From Parcubacteria group bacterium Gr01-1014_31 (GTDB taxonomy: Bacteria; Patescibacteriota; Patescibacteriia; Buchananbacterales; GWA2-38-13), in assembly GCA_007376135.1 (NCBI GenBank), contig VMFR01000003.1, positions 11,660 through 75,659 on the forward strand: a stretch of DNA of 64,000 nucleotides, written 5' to 3'. The position numbers were made by a program, and so were the translations under genes. This document shows, piece after piece, positions 49,584 through 59,188 of this stretch; the stretch's first letter is position 1, and each line of letters starts with the position of its first letter. The notes beneath the pieces are model-generated. The model saw nothing but the letters and a program-made list of their open reading frames with translations. It had not been told where the DNA came from and ran no database searches.

Positions 49584-50087
49584 TTATTGTTTAATGATTT
49601 TGAAAATTTTGTTTGCCATCTCTATGAGTGAAGGAGTTGCCAAAACAAGATTTAAAAAATTCTGAGGAGCCTTTTTATTTGTAGCGTTAGCAAAGAGTTC
49701 CCATGCTAACTGTACGGACGCACTATTTGCTTTCTCCTCGTTATTTTTCATGTTTATCATTTGCAAAAAAAGTTTGCTATAAACAGGATATTTTTCTTGC
49801 AGACGAGCTGTTAAGTAATTTTTCTTTAGCTCGTTTTCGCCGTTTCGATTATCGTAAATATTGTTTAGCCACGCTTCATTGAATTCATCAGCAATTTTTT
49901 CAGGATTGTCCGAATCCAGAGATAGTATTTTTAGGGTAGCAATTGAGGCTACAAAAATTCCGATTTCAGAAGTGTCAATATTGGTGCCATCAATTTTTTT
50001 TACTATCTCAGCTATCTCCTCGTACACCGGTACCAGTTCAGTGACCCAGGAATTCACCCGATTTTTTATTGAAGATTGTATGGTCAC
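49584..50087 (-). CDS. Low-GC hypothetical protein (likely horizontally acquired)
   Basis: Markedly AT-rich ORF in a high-GC genome; GTG start 7 nt after the methyltransferase stop; acidic, helix-rich. Confidence 0.45.
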   Translation of the reverse strand: MTIQSSIKNRVNSWVTELVPVYEEIAEIVKKIDGTNIDTSEIGIFVASIATLKILSLDSDNPEKIADEFNEAWLNNIYDNRNGENELKKNYLTARLQEKYPVYSKLFLQMINMKNNEEKANSASVQLAWELFANATNKKAPQNFLNLVLATPSLIEMANKIFKIIKQ

Positions 50088-50093
50088 ATTGCA

Positions 50094-50861
50094 CTAGTGT
50101 TTTACCGCCTGGAGCAGTAGGAAGAGGGGGATTTCCTTGCGGGCGCGGTCCTCGGCAGCGGCGCGCGGCCCTCGCTGGCTTTGGCGGTGGGAGATCCATT
50201 CTTCCAAACGAGTCACGCACAGCCCGGTTTTGCGCAGCATCTTGAAATAGCCCTGCAGCGGCCGGTGGAACGTGACGGTGCGCACCGTGGGGTCTGCGCC
50301 CGGGCGCATTTGAATTTTTACTTTGTCGTCGGACAGGTAGCGCTCAATGCGGCGGAACTGGAGTTTTGTACCGTCAAACCCCCAGGCGGACGCCTGGGGT
50401 ACCCGGAAGGCCGGGTGGTTGAGAACGATAAAAAGTTCGCCCCTCGGTTTGAGGACGCGCTTTATTTCCTGTAGGACGGCGGCCGCGTTCTCGATATTTT
50501 GCAGCGCTAGCACGATGACGACCTTATCCACGCTGGCGTCGGCGACCTGCGGCACGCGGTCGGCGGGTGCCGTATAGTAGGTCGGCGACGTGCTCCCGCG
50601 CGGTACGGGTTGACGTTTGGCAAGAGCGATCAGCGGTTCGGCGAGGTCCGCTCCGATAACGCGCACGCCGGCTTTGGCGAATTCGCGGCTGAAAAAGCCC
50701 TGCCCGCAGGCCAGGTCAAGGACCGTCTGTCCCTGTTTGAGTTCCAGCACCCGCAGCAGGTTGGGCATGATAACTTGGCGCTGGTAGGAGTCCGGGTCAT
50801 CCTCCAGCATCCCGTGGTACCAGTCGGCCACCTCGCCCCAGGAGGTATCAGATTGTGGCAT
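50094..50861 (-). CDS. Class I SAM-dependent methyltransferase
   Basis: Motif I 'VLDLACGQGFFS', motif post-I 'GADLAEPL'. Confidence 0.8.
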   Translation of the reverse strand: MPQSDTSWGEVADWYHGMLEDDPDSYQRQVIMPNLLRVLELKQGQTVLDLACGQGFFSREFAKAGVRVIGADLAEPLIALAKRQPVPRGSTSPTYYTAPADRVPQVADASVDKVVIVLALQNIENAAAVLQEIKRVLKPRGELFIVLNHPAFRVPQASAWGFDGTKLQFRRIERYLSDDKVKIQMRPGADPTVRTVTFHRPLQGYFKMLRKTGLCVTRLEEWISHRQSQRGPRAAAEDRARKEIPLFLLLQAVKH

Positions 50862-50882
50862 CGTTGTACTAAGTACTATGTA

Positions 50883-51248
50883 CTAAGTGCTACGTGCGTT
50901 GGCTCGCATCCAACCGTTGAGTAACCTACCAGCGGTTTCGCAAAGTTGCAAGGCCTCATCGTGGTCCTGGGAAGTGAGGTACTTCAAATCCTTAGCGATA
51001 AGGAAGGCACATTTAGTTTCTTCAAGTGAGGCTTCGGCTATGTTGTAGAAATGCAGTGCTTCCGCCGTTGATCGGCGCTTGAATCCTTCCGTGATATTGA
51101 GGGCAATTGAAACCGCAGCTCGGCGGAGCTGCGATGTCAATCCGTACGTTTCCGATTTTGGGAACGCGGCAGTCAGCCGGTAGGTGGTGAGGACTACAGT
51201 ATAGGCAGCTTGCCAGGCTTTGATATCCCGAAAGGTGGTTGCTGCCAT
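50883..51248 (-). CDS. Four-helix-bundle protein (TIGR02436; 23S rRNA intervening-sequence-type protein)
   Basis: 'AYxxxLxTY ... SQLRRAAVSIALNITEG' family signature. Gene is tightly flanked by AGTACTTAGT-type repeats. Confidence 0.75.
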   Translation of the reverse strand: MAATTFRDIKAWQAAYTVVLTTYRLTAAFPKSETYGLTSQLRRAAVSIALNITEGFKRRSTAEALHFYNIAEASLEETKCAFLIAKDLKYLTSQDHDEALQLCETAGRLLNGWMRANARST

Positions 51249-51295
51249 ACCTCCACAGTACTTAGTCCTTAGGACTTAGTACTTAACACTTCCAA

Positions 51296-53704
51296 TCAAT
51301 TGACGATATTGAAGTCGTCGGTCGTCTCCTTCTTGAGTTCCAGATTCTTGACCTCGCCGAGGTCGGAGATGCGGTTGGCTTTCAGGTAAGTTCCCGACAG
51401 CGTGTACAGCAGGTCGCGGATGTAGAGGCTGCGCTTGACCTGGCTGTTGTACCAGTTGGCGCTGTAGCGGTCGCGTAGGGTTGACGGCTGGTGGGAAATT
51501 TTTCCCCGCAGGGTCAGGCCCGAGGCTTTGTCCACGCTGAACACCACCGCGCCGTTGAAACCGGCCTCGTAGCGCATCGCGCAGGGTCGTTGCGACTGCT
51601 GCGGGCAGGGGCCGGGGCCAAAGCAAGGGACCGGCATTGGGCAGGAAGGGTCGCTGATCTTTTCCTGCAGGGTGGCGGGGAATACCAAAAGATTTTTTTC
51701 GCGCGAGAAGAGGAACGCCTTGTGGTCGTTGAGGGCGATCGAATCCGAGCCGCGGTCGCCCAGCACTTCCTTGTCCAATTCTTTGGGGTTCGCGACGTCG
51801 CTGACGTCGAACAGCGAAACCTTCAGCCCGAGCTGCGTGGCGCCGCCCCAGGAGGACGCTTCGGTCTCTCGCCCAAGCCCGATGAGCGTGGTCTCGTCAT
51901 AGGGATGCAGGTAGGTCGAGAATCCCGGCACCTTCAGCTCGCCCAGCACGCGCGGATTCCTGGGGTCCTTGAGGTCAAGCACGAACAGCGGGTCGGTCTG
52001 GCGGAAGGTCACAAGGTACGCGCGGCCCTGCATGAAACGCACCGAAAAGATCTGTTCGCCCTTCGCGAGCTCTTCCACCTTGCCCACCAGTTTGAGATCC
52101 TTGTCCAGCACGTAGAGGTTGCTGTAACTGTCCGTACTCGCGCCGGTGCTGTACATGTCCCACTGGCGGCTGCGGGTGGTGGCGATGCGCAGGTAGCCCT
52201 CGTGTTCATCGAGCGCGAACTGGTTGAGCACATACCCGGGCACCTGGCCCGCGCCGCGGTAGTCCAGGTCCTTGCCCTTGATTCCAATCTTGTGGACGAC
52301 GGTGGTTTCCAGTTGCCGCGCGATCTCGGCCCAGCGTTCTTTCAGCTTGGTTTCCAGATCCTTTTCCAGACGCTCCTGTTCTTCTTCGGTCAATGATCCG
52401 CTCCAGCGTTCGAGGATCGCGGATATCTTTTGGAATTTTTCCCGCTGGCTCAAGATGCTGGTGTCCACCGCTTCGATCTTGGTGATCTGCTCGCGGTCGC
52501 TGGCCGGCAACAGCGGCAGCACATAGCTGCGCATCACTTCCCAGGCAAGCACCTCCGGGTCCAGCCGTTTCGTGTAGGCCAGGTAGAGGTGGTCGCGCGA
52601 CATATAGACGGTCTGCCCCGCGCTCATCAGGTAGGCGTCGCCGCCGACCGCTTCGGAGGGGTTCACGACGTTGACGGCCGAGACTCTGGTGTAGGTGTAG
52701 TCGCTGCCGTTCGGGTCAAAGTAGTACACGTCGGGGCAATTGCAGCGGGCAACCCCGGGCGCGGCGGGCAGCTCCTGGCCGTTCTCCAGGATGCGCGGAA
52801 TGGAGGGTTCGCCTTCATAGTAGGCCGCCATGCTGGAGGATAACAGGTAGACGTAGTTGCCGACCATGCGCGCGCCGGCAAAGTCGCCTTCAAAATCCAG
52901 GTCGCGGACCTGGCGCGGATTGCGGCGGTCTTTGATGTCAAATACTTTCAAGAACAAGTACGGCGAACGGCGGCGGAATTTTTTATACGTCTCCGTGGTG
53001 CTAATGACGGAATTGTTGCCGACCACCACTAAAGAGTCCCCGTTCAGGAACAAGTGCTGCGGCGTGGACTTGAACTCTATCTTTGCCAGAATAGTGGCCT
53101 GTTCGGCCGGGTAGGCCTCCACGATGAACAGGTTGTTGCCCGACACGGTGTAGACGTATTTGCCGTCGGTCTTGACGATATCGGATTCATCCACGCCCGA
53201 CACCTGGACGTTGGTGCCGGAGTAGTCGCCGTCCTGGGTGCCCCAGCCCACGATGGTGGCGTACGAGAGTCCCTGGTTGACCGTTGCGCCGAGGCCCGGC
53301 GCAGCGCCGCTGCTCATTGGCCCGGCAAGCTCATCCACCATCATTTCCGGCCCGGTCATCATCGGACTGCTGCGGTAGTACGACGATCCGGCGTCGGAGG
53401 GATGGCTGCGCAAGAATTGCTCCACCTCTTGGTAGGAGGAGAATTTCATTATGGTCGTAGGTACCTGCAGTAGGGGAGAGGACGGCGTCGGGCTCGGCGC
53501 GGGACTGGCGGCGGGTGGCGGCCCGCCCCAGGGTACGCCAAAGCTCGGCAATTTTTTCAACGCCTTGAGCACGACGAACGCCCCGCCCGCGATCATGACG
53601 GCGGCAACGATGATGAGGGAAAGCAGCGTCAGCGCGGAACGATCTTTCGGAGGCTGCGGCTCGGCGGCCGGTTGGGTCATTTGCGGGAGCATTGGTGATT
53701 CCAT
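51296..53704 (-). CDS. Secreted beta-propeller domain protein (PF09826-like)
   Basis: N-terminal TM/signal anchor and Pro-rich linker; repeated blade-like segments 'YVYTVSGNNLFIVEAYP', 'YVYLLSS', 'NLYVLDKDLKLVG'. Confidence 0.7.
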   Translation of the reverse strand: MESPMLPQMTQPAAEPQPPKDRSALTLLSLIIVAAVMIAGGAFVVLKALKKLPSFGVPWGGPPPAASPAPSPTPSSPLLQVPTTIMKFSSYQEVEQFLRSHPSDAGSSYYRSSPMMTGPEMMVDELAGPMSSGAAPGLGATVNQGLSYATIVGWGTQDGDYSGTNVQVSGVDESDIVKTDGKYVYTVSGNNLFIVEAYPAEQATILAKIEFKSTPQHLFLNGDSLVVVGNNSVISTTETYKKFRRRSPYLFLKVFDIKDRRNPRQVRDLDFEGDFAGARMVGNYVYLLSSSMAAYYEGEPSIPRILENGQELPAAPGVARCNCPDVYYFDPNGSDYTYTRVSAVNVVNPSEAVGGDAYLMSAGQTVYMSRDHLYLAYTKRLDPEVLAWEVMRSYVLPLLPASDREQITKIEAVDTSILSQREKFQKISAILERWSGSLTEEEQERLEKDLETKLKERWAEIARQLETTVVHKIGIKGKDLDYRGAGQVPGYVLNQFALDEHEGYLRIATTRSRQWDMYSTGASTDSYSNLYVLDKDLKLVGKVEELAKGEQIFSVRFMQGRAYLVTFRQTDPLFVLDLKDPRNPRVLGELKVPGFSTYLHPYDETTLIGLGRETEASSWGGATQLGLKVSLFDVSDVANPKELDKEVLGDRGSDSIALNDHKAFLFSREKNLLVFPATLQEKISDPSCPMPVPCFGPGPCPQQSQRPCAMRYEAGFNGAVVFSVDKASGLTLRGKISHQPSTLRDRYSANWYNSQVKRSLYIRDLLYTLSGTYLKANRISDLGEVKNLELKKETTDDFNIVN

Positions 53705-53787
53705 ACAACGTTCGCGTTACACGGGGCAGTTCCCCTCCGCCCTTCACTTTACCACAAATGATTCTACGACGCAGCGCACAGCTGGTA

Positions 53788-53821
53788 ACAAAAAGCAGGC
53801 ATGCGGTGGGCCGCGTGCCTG
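53788..53821 (-). terminator. Intrinsic terminator (minus sense) after the 53890-54228 ORF
   Basis: caggcacgcggcccaccgcatgcctg plus cttttt in the minus sense. Confidence 0.6.
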
Positions 53822-53889
53822 CGATGTTTGGCCGGCGGGTTGTGGAAATGCCCCTGTTCAGGGGTGTTCAGCGGCGCGACTTCGCGCCG

Positions 53890-54228
53890 CTAGCAAGGGA
53901 CGACTTCTTCGATGCGGACGTCGACCTTCCCGTTGACGAAGATGCGGGTGATGAGGTCGACCCAGCCGGGTCGCTGGTGTTCCAGCCGACTGGTGCCGCG
54001 AAGGACGACGCCGACCTCCGAGAGGTTCGGGCAGGGTTCTCCGTCGGGGAGTTCCTGGAGCAGTTCCAGTTCCCCGATGTTGCAGAAGAAAGGGACGACG
54101 GCACGGACACCGCCAGGCTTGAGTTGGACGCGCGGGATGCGGGCGCGCACGGGCCGCATGTGCGGTATGCCGACCGCCGCGATCTCGTCGGTCAGGACGT
54201 AGGGCTGCTGGTATTCGGCAACCTTCAT
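53890..54228 (-). CDS. Hypothetical 112-aa protein
   Basis: AGAGGA RBS-like sequence upstream; terminator downstream; no confident domain call. Confidence 0.4.
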   Translation of the reverse strand: MKVAEYQQPYVLTDEIAAVGIPHMRPVRARIPRVQLKPGGVRAVVPFFCNIGELELLQELPDGEPCPNLSEVGVVLRGTSRLEHQRPGWVDLITRIFVNGKVDVRIEEVVPC

Positions 54229-54328
54229 GGGGAGCGTCCTCTCTGGTTGTGTAAAGTGCCGGCCAAACGTGGTCACCATGCCAGAACCATCGGCCGCGGT
54301 CAATGTTGAGAATCCGGATTTGGCTGCG

Positions 54329-54357
54329 TTGACAGGAGACGCGGATTTTGCTATCCT
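54329..54357 (+). promoter_or_regulatory. Sigma70-like promoter with approximately 140-nt leader
   Basis: TTGACA, 17-nt spacer, TATCCT. Confidence 0.5.
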
Positions 54358-54501
54358 GCGATTTCGTGTTCTCATTGGACCTTGGCAATTGGAAGAAAGG
54401 AGACCGATCATTCCGTTTTGTCGGCGACGCGGAGCTTTGGCGCCGCCAGCGTTTCCTCAATAACCGCGCCGTACGCGGCGCACTACCGTTAGGAGGTTTC
54501 C

Positions 54502-55593
54502 GTGAGGGAATCACAGATCAAGGGGCCGGGGATCTTTGCCGCCCAGTTCATGGGTGACGAATACCACGGCAAGAGCCTCAAGGGCTTCTGCTCTTGGGCG
54601 TCGGGCATGGGCTACCGCGGGGTGCAGATCCCCAGCTGGGATGCCCGCTGCATTGACCTCGCCCAGGCCGCCGAAAGCCAGGCCTACTGCGATGACCTGG
54701 TGGCGATGCTCGTCGCCCAGGGCATGGAAGCGACCGAGCTGGCCACGCACCTGCAGGGCCAATTGGTGGCCGTGCATCCGGCCTACGACGAGCTGTTCGA
54801 CGGCTTCGCGCCCGAGTCGGTCCGCGGCAATCCCGCCGCGCGTACGGCCTGGGCCGTGGAGCAGATGAAGCTGGCCGCCAAGGCCAGCGCGCGGCTCAAG
54901 CTCAAGTCCTGTCCGAGTTTCACCGGGTCGCTGCTGTGGCCGTTCATCTACCCGTGGCCGCAGCGTCCCGCGGGGCTGGTCGCGGAGGGCTTCACGGAAC
55001 TGGGCCGCCGCTGGCGGCCGATCCTGGATGCCTTCGAGGAGGTCGGCGTGGATATCGCCTGGGAGCTGCATCCCGGCGAGGACGTCCATGACGGCATCTC
55101 CTACGAGCGCTTCATGGAAGCGCTCGGCAACCACCGGCGGTCGCGTATCAACTACGACCCCAGCCACCTCATCCTGCAGGGGCTGGACTACCTGGGCTTC
55201 ATCGACGAATACGGCCAGAGCATCGTCGCCTTCCACGTCAAGGACGCGGAGTTCCATCCCAGCGCCAAGTGCGGCGTGTACGGCGGCTTCGCCGATTGGA
55301 AGGACCGGGCGGGCCGTTTCCGTTCGCTGGGCGACGGCCAGGTCGACTTCAAGGCGGTGTTTTCCAAGCTGACGCAGGCCGGCTACCGCGGCTGGGCGGT
55401 GCTGGAGTGGGAGTGCTGCCTGAAGGACGCCGAGCAGGGCGCGCGCGAGGGCTCGCGCTTCATCGAGTCCTGCCTCATCACGACGCCCGCCAGGGCCTTC
55501 GACGACTTCGCCGGCGTCAAGACCGACCCGGCCCAGCTGCGCCGGCTGCTCGGTCTGCCCGCCGACGCCGACGTGCCCGTCGAGACCACCTAG
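54502..55593 (+). CDS. Sugar phosphate isomerase/epimerase (xylose-isomerase-like TIM barrel)
   Basis: AP-endo2/XylA-like TIM-barrel blocks ('GYRGVQIP', 'ELHPGEDVHDG', 'GYRGWAVLEWEC'); AGGAGG RBS before GTG. Confidence 0.75.
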   Translation: MRESQIKGPGIFAAQFMGDEYHGKSLKGFCSWASGMGYRGVQIPSWDARCIDLAQAAESQAYCDDLVAMLVAQGMEATELATHLQGQLVAVHPAYDELFDGFAPESVRGNPAARTAWAVEQMKLAAKASARLKLKSCPSFTGSLLWPFIYPWPQRPAGLVAEGFTELGRRWRPILDAFEEVGVDIAWELHPGEDVHDGISYERFMEALGNHRRSRINYDPSHLILQGLDYLGFIDEYGQSIVAFHVKDAEFHPSAKCGVYGGFADWKDRAGRFRSLGDGQVDFKAVFSKLTQAGYRGWAVLEWECCLKDAEQGAREGSRFIESCLITTPARAFDDFAGVKTDPAQLRRLLGLPADADVPVETT

Positions 55594-55626
55594 CCGCAAT
55601 CCGCGCGGCACCTACCGCACCTTCGT

Positions 55627-55660
55627 CCACCTGTTCCTCGTCTGGAGCAGGTGGTTTTTT
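55627..55660 (+). terminator. Intrinsic terminator
   Basis: ccacctgttcc-tcgtctg-gagcaggtgg followed by tttttt. Confidence 0.8.
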
Positions 55661-55754
55661 AATTGTTCCTCCAAATTTTGTTGCGAAATTTGGTTAGGAA
55701 CAATTAACCCACCGAAAGTCAGCCGAATAGACTATGGAAATATACGGACCAGCC

Positions 55755-55885
55755 GCAGGCGGTTGACCCCGTTAGACAACCTTTTTGCTAATTATCTTGT
55801 GCCTGTAGCTAGTGCAGGTACTACTTTAGTGCGTCTTTTAACAATAATCCCATGGTTGTCTAACGGGGTTGACCGCGCCCGCCTG
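55755..55885. repeat. Approximately 130-bp AT-rich element bounded by 15-bp perfect inverted repeats
   Basis: ccccgttagacaacc ... ggttgtctaacgggg flanking a low-GC core; sits in a long non-coding spacer. Confidence 0.5.
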
Positions 55886-56188
55886 ACATGGCTAGGCACC
55901 TTATGTATCCGCGGACTGTAGGTGGGTTGGTACCTTAATTTTCCGCAGTCCCCCTACGGGGGATCACCCGAAGGGTGGCAAGGGAACCAGCGAAGAGACA
56001 GGGAAAGCAAACCAAAAACGGCCCATCGGGCCGCTTGGTTTCTTGTGTTCTCCGTGTGCAGCCGGGGCGCGTGCGGCGCACGTACCGTTGCATTACCTTC
56101 GAGACCGTGCTAGCATCACCGCTGGCTCGGGAGCATGGTGCGACCGAGCGAGCCGGTCTTTCCAATGAAAACAACGGAGGTTCTTTTC

Positions 56189-57181
56189 ATGATCCTACGT
56201 GGCATCGACTTTGGCAATGTCCTCAACGCGTCGGGCGCGCGCGGCTTCTTCGGCGAGGGCTACCCGTTTCACCGGTTCTTCGAGCCGTTCGGCCTCAACT
56301 ACGAGGGCTCGACGTTCGTGGCCAAGACCACGACGCTGCACCCGCGGCTCCGGCCGCACCTCAAAGAGGGGAACATGCCCCTCGGTGCCGACGGTATCAC
56401 GCCGGCCGAGTTCAAGCCCGCCTGCATCAAGGTGCGGCTGTGGCAAGGTATCACGCTCAACGCCGTGGGCTTGAGCGGTCCCGGCGCGGAACGGCTGCTG
56501 CGGGAAGGGCGCTGGGAGTTGTTGCGCAGGCCGTTCTTCATCTCCTTCATGGGCATGGGCGACAAGGCCCAGCGGCTCCGCGAGCTGCGGGAGTTCGTGC
56601 AGCTTCTGGTTGGCTCCCGGCACCGGTTCATCGCGCGATTCGGGTTGAAGATCAATTTCTCCTGCCCCAACGTCGGGCTGCGGCCAGCCGAACTGGTCGA
56701 AGAGGTCGGCGAAGCGCTCGAGATCGCCGCACCGCTGGGCGTTCCGTTGGTGCCCAAGCTCAACGCGACGGTACCGGTCGAGCCGGTCGTAGACGTTTCC
56801 CGTCACGCAGCGTTCGATGCGCTCTGTATCTCCAATACCATCCCCTGGGGGCAGCTGCCGGAGCGCATCAACTGGCGCCAGCTTTGGGGGACGAACGTTT
56901 CCCCGCTCGCTCACCTCGGTGGGGGAGGAATGTCGGGACCGCCGTTGTTGTCGATCGTTTGCGACTGGATCCGTCAGGCGCGGACAGCCGGTCTCTCCAA
57001 GCCGATCATCGGCGGGGGCGGCATCATCTCGCGTGGCGGGGTCGACCAGATGCTTGTTTCCGGTGCCACCGCCATCAGCCTGGGCACCGTCAGCATCGTG
57101 CGTCCCTGGCGAGTGCAGCGGTTGATCCGCTACGCCAATGCCTGTATGGCATGGCACCAGCGTGCTGGCGCCGTCCGCTAG
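56189..57181 (+). CDS. Dihydroorotate dehydrogenase family (DHOD/DHPD-like TIM barrel) protein
   Basis: 'NASGARG', 'FSCPNVG', 'IIGGGGIISRGG' motifs; GGAGG RBS 8 nt upstream. Confidence 0.7.
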   Translation: MILRGIDFGNVLNASGARGFFGEGYPFHRFFEPFGLNYEGSTFVAKTTTLHPRLRPHLKEGNMPLGADGITPAEFKPACIKVRLWQGITLNAVGLSGPGAERLLREGRWELLRRPFFISFMGMGDKAQRLRELREFVQLLVGSRHRFIARFGLKINFSCPNVGLRPAELVEEVGEALEIAAPLGVPLVPKLNATVPVEPVVDVSRHAAFDALCISNTIPWGQLPERINWRQLWGTNVSPLAHLGGGGMSGPPLLSIVCDWIRQARTAGLSKPIIGGGGIISRGGVDQMLVSGATAISLGTVSIVRPWRVQRLIRYANACMAWHQRAGAVR

Positions 57182-57226
57182 TCCGCTGGTCACGAGCGCG
57201 CACCGCGATCGACCGCCAACGAAATC

Positions 57227-57258
57227 CGCCGGCACATTCTGTGTTCGGCGGTTTTTTT
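57227..57258 (+). terminator. Intrinsic terminator
   Basis: ccgccggcac-attct-gtgttcggcgg followed by ttttttt. Confidence 0.8.
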
Positions 57259-57347
57259 ACGGTTCCCGGGCTCAACTACCGTCCGCCCGTTGCGAGCGGT
57301 TTTTTGTAACCAAAAACGGCCCAACGGGCCGTTTGGTTCTTCGCGGG

Positions 57348-57449
57348 CTACTTGCGCAGCCGGCGCGTGTTCCTGGCCAGCCGCCGGCCGATGGCCGTGT
57401 TCTTCTTGGCGTGCTTGGTGCGGGCTTTGGCCGCGGTGTTATGTCCCAT
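57348..57449 (-). CDS. Candidate 33-aa highly basic peptide (S21 C-terminus-like)
   Basis: MGHNTAAKARTKHAKKNTAIGRRLARNTRRLRK; bracketed by a bidirectional hairpin at 57303-57338. No clear RBS, so this is speculative. Confidence 0.25.
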   Translation of the reverse strand: MGHNTAAKARTKHAKKNTAIGRRLARNTRRLRK

Positions 57450-57554
57450 AGCTGTTTGGCGTTAGCGGATTGTCTCGCGTTGAGTATAGCAGACGTTCGC
57501 GTTTTTTCAACTCCGTAAAAAAAGAACCCCCATCGGTCGCCCGATGGGGGGAGG

Positions 57555-59051
57555 TCAGTGTTGGGATTCCGGCGGCAGGCCGGGGGCGCTGGTCCCGTGG
57601 CGGCCGGCGATGGTGTGAATGGACAAGAAATTGGTTTGGCCGGGAGCGCCTTGGGGGCGCTTGGCCATAATGACCAGCGGCTGTTCTGGGCGGACGCGTC
57701 CCTCCCGCAGCAGGGCCGTTTCACAGGCGAGGACCACCTCCTCCACGGTGGCGGGCGCGGATTCCAGTAGCCGCGTCTGCACGCCCCACACCAGGGCCAA
57801 CCGTCGCAGGACCGCGGCGTGTTCAGAAAAGACGTACAGCGGCAGGCGCGGCCGGCGGGCAGCAACCAAGGGCGGCGATTCGCCGTGCTGGGTGTAGACG
57901 ATGATGCCCTGGGCGCCGACGGCTTCGGCCGCATAGCAGGTAGCCGCGCCGAGCGCGACCGGAAAGGAGGCCGCATCCACCATGAAGCTGCGGGGGCAGC
58001 GGTCGCCGTCGCGGTCGCTGGCGCTCTCGCTGGAGCTGAGGATGCGGCGCATGGCGGCCACCGCCTCCACGGGGTAGCGGCCGATGGCCGTTTCGCCCGA
58101 CAGCATGACGCCATCGACACCGTCGAACACGGCGTTGGCGACATCGGAGGTCTCCGCGCGGGTCGGCTGCGGCCGTTCGATCATCGTTTCCAGCATCTGG
58201 GTGGCGACGATGACCGGTTTGAGATGGTCGCGCGCGTCCGCGACCAGGCGCTTTTGCATGTAGGGGACCGACTCCGGGGGCATCACCACGCCGAGGTCGC
58301 CGCGAGCGATCATCACGCCGAACGCTTCGGCGAAAATTTCATGGAGCTCCTGCAGGAACTCCCGCGTCTCCAGCTTGGCGATGACGGGCGTGTCGGTGCC
58401 GCGGGCCTGGATGAATTGCTTGGCCAACCGTACGTCGCGTCCGGAACGGACGAACGACAGGGCGAACACGTCCACCCCGTTGGCGACCCCCCAGGCAAGG
58501 TCGGCTTCATCCTTCGGGGTGAGCGAGGGCAAAATGCCACGCTGGCTGTCGGGCAGGTGCACCCCGCGGCGGTCGGCCATGGTGCCGCCCTGCTCCACGC
58601 GGCAGAGAAACGACGCCGCGCGGCGCTCCAGGGTCAGCAGGCGGATGCGGCCGTCGTCGATGAGGATGCGCTCCTCGCGCTGCAGCAGACCGGTCATGCC
58701 GCCGGGCTGCAGCCGCAGGCACGACCGGTCGCTGGGCTGCTCGCCGTCGGCCACTTCGATCGTGGCGCCGGTTTCCAGCGTGAACGGCCCGTGGGCGCAG
58801 ACCGTAGTGCGGATCTTGACGCCCTGCAGGTCGCCCATGACGGCGATGTCATGGCGCTCCAGGTCAGCGGCGGCTTGGCGGACGTTGGCGAGGGCTGCCG
58901 CATGCTGGGCGTGGTTGCCGTGTGAGAAGTTCAGCCGAAAGACGTTGGCGCCGGCGATGATGAGGTCGCGGATGATGGGAACGGCGTGGCTTGCTGGCCC
59001 AAGCGTGGCGATGATCTTGGTGCGGGTCGGCGGGTAAACGGAATTGCTCAT
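57555..59051 (-). CDS. pyk: Pyruvate kinase
   Basis: 'KIIATLGPAS' N-terminus, 'MVARGDLG' motif, conserved K/E/T sites. Confidence 0.9.
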   Translation of the reverse strand: MSNSVYPPTRTKIIATLGPASHAVPIIRDLIIAGANVFRLNFSHGNHAQHAAALANVRQAAADLERHDIAVMGDLQGVKIRTTVCAHGPFTLETGATIEVADGEQPSDRSCLRLQPGGMTGLLQREERILIDDGRIRLLTLERRAASFLCRVEQGGTMADRRGVHLPDSQRGILPSLTPKDEADLAWGVANGVDVFALSFVRSGRDVRLAKQFIQARGTDTPVIAKLETREFLQELHEIFAEAFGVMIARGDLGVVMPPESVPYMQKRLVADARDHLKPVIVATQMLETMIERPQPTRAETSDVANAVFDGVDGVMLSGETAIGRYPVEAVAAMRRILSSSESASDRDGDRCPRSFMVDAASFPVALGAATCYAAEAVGAQGIIVYTQHGESPPLVAARRPRLPLYVFSEHAAVLRRLALVWGVQTRLLESAPATVEEVVLACETALLREGRVRPEQPLVIMAKRPQGAPGQTNFLSIHTIAGRHGTSAPGLPPESQH

Positions 59052-59188
59052 GGCGAGCTCCTTTTGGTTTGGCGGGGGTCAAAGTGCTTTGGAACGACGC
59101 GGCCGCCATTGTACTATAGGCAGCCATCAATATTCAAGGGACGAAAAAAACCGGGCCAAGCCCGGCGACCGCCGTTGCCGCGCCAGTG

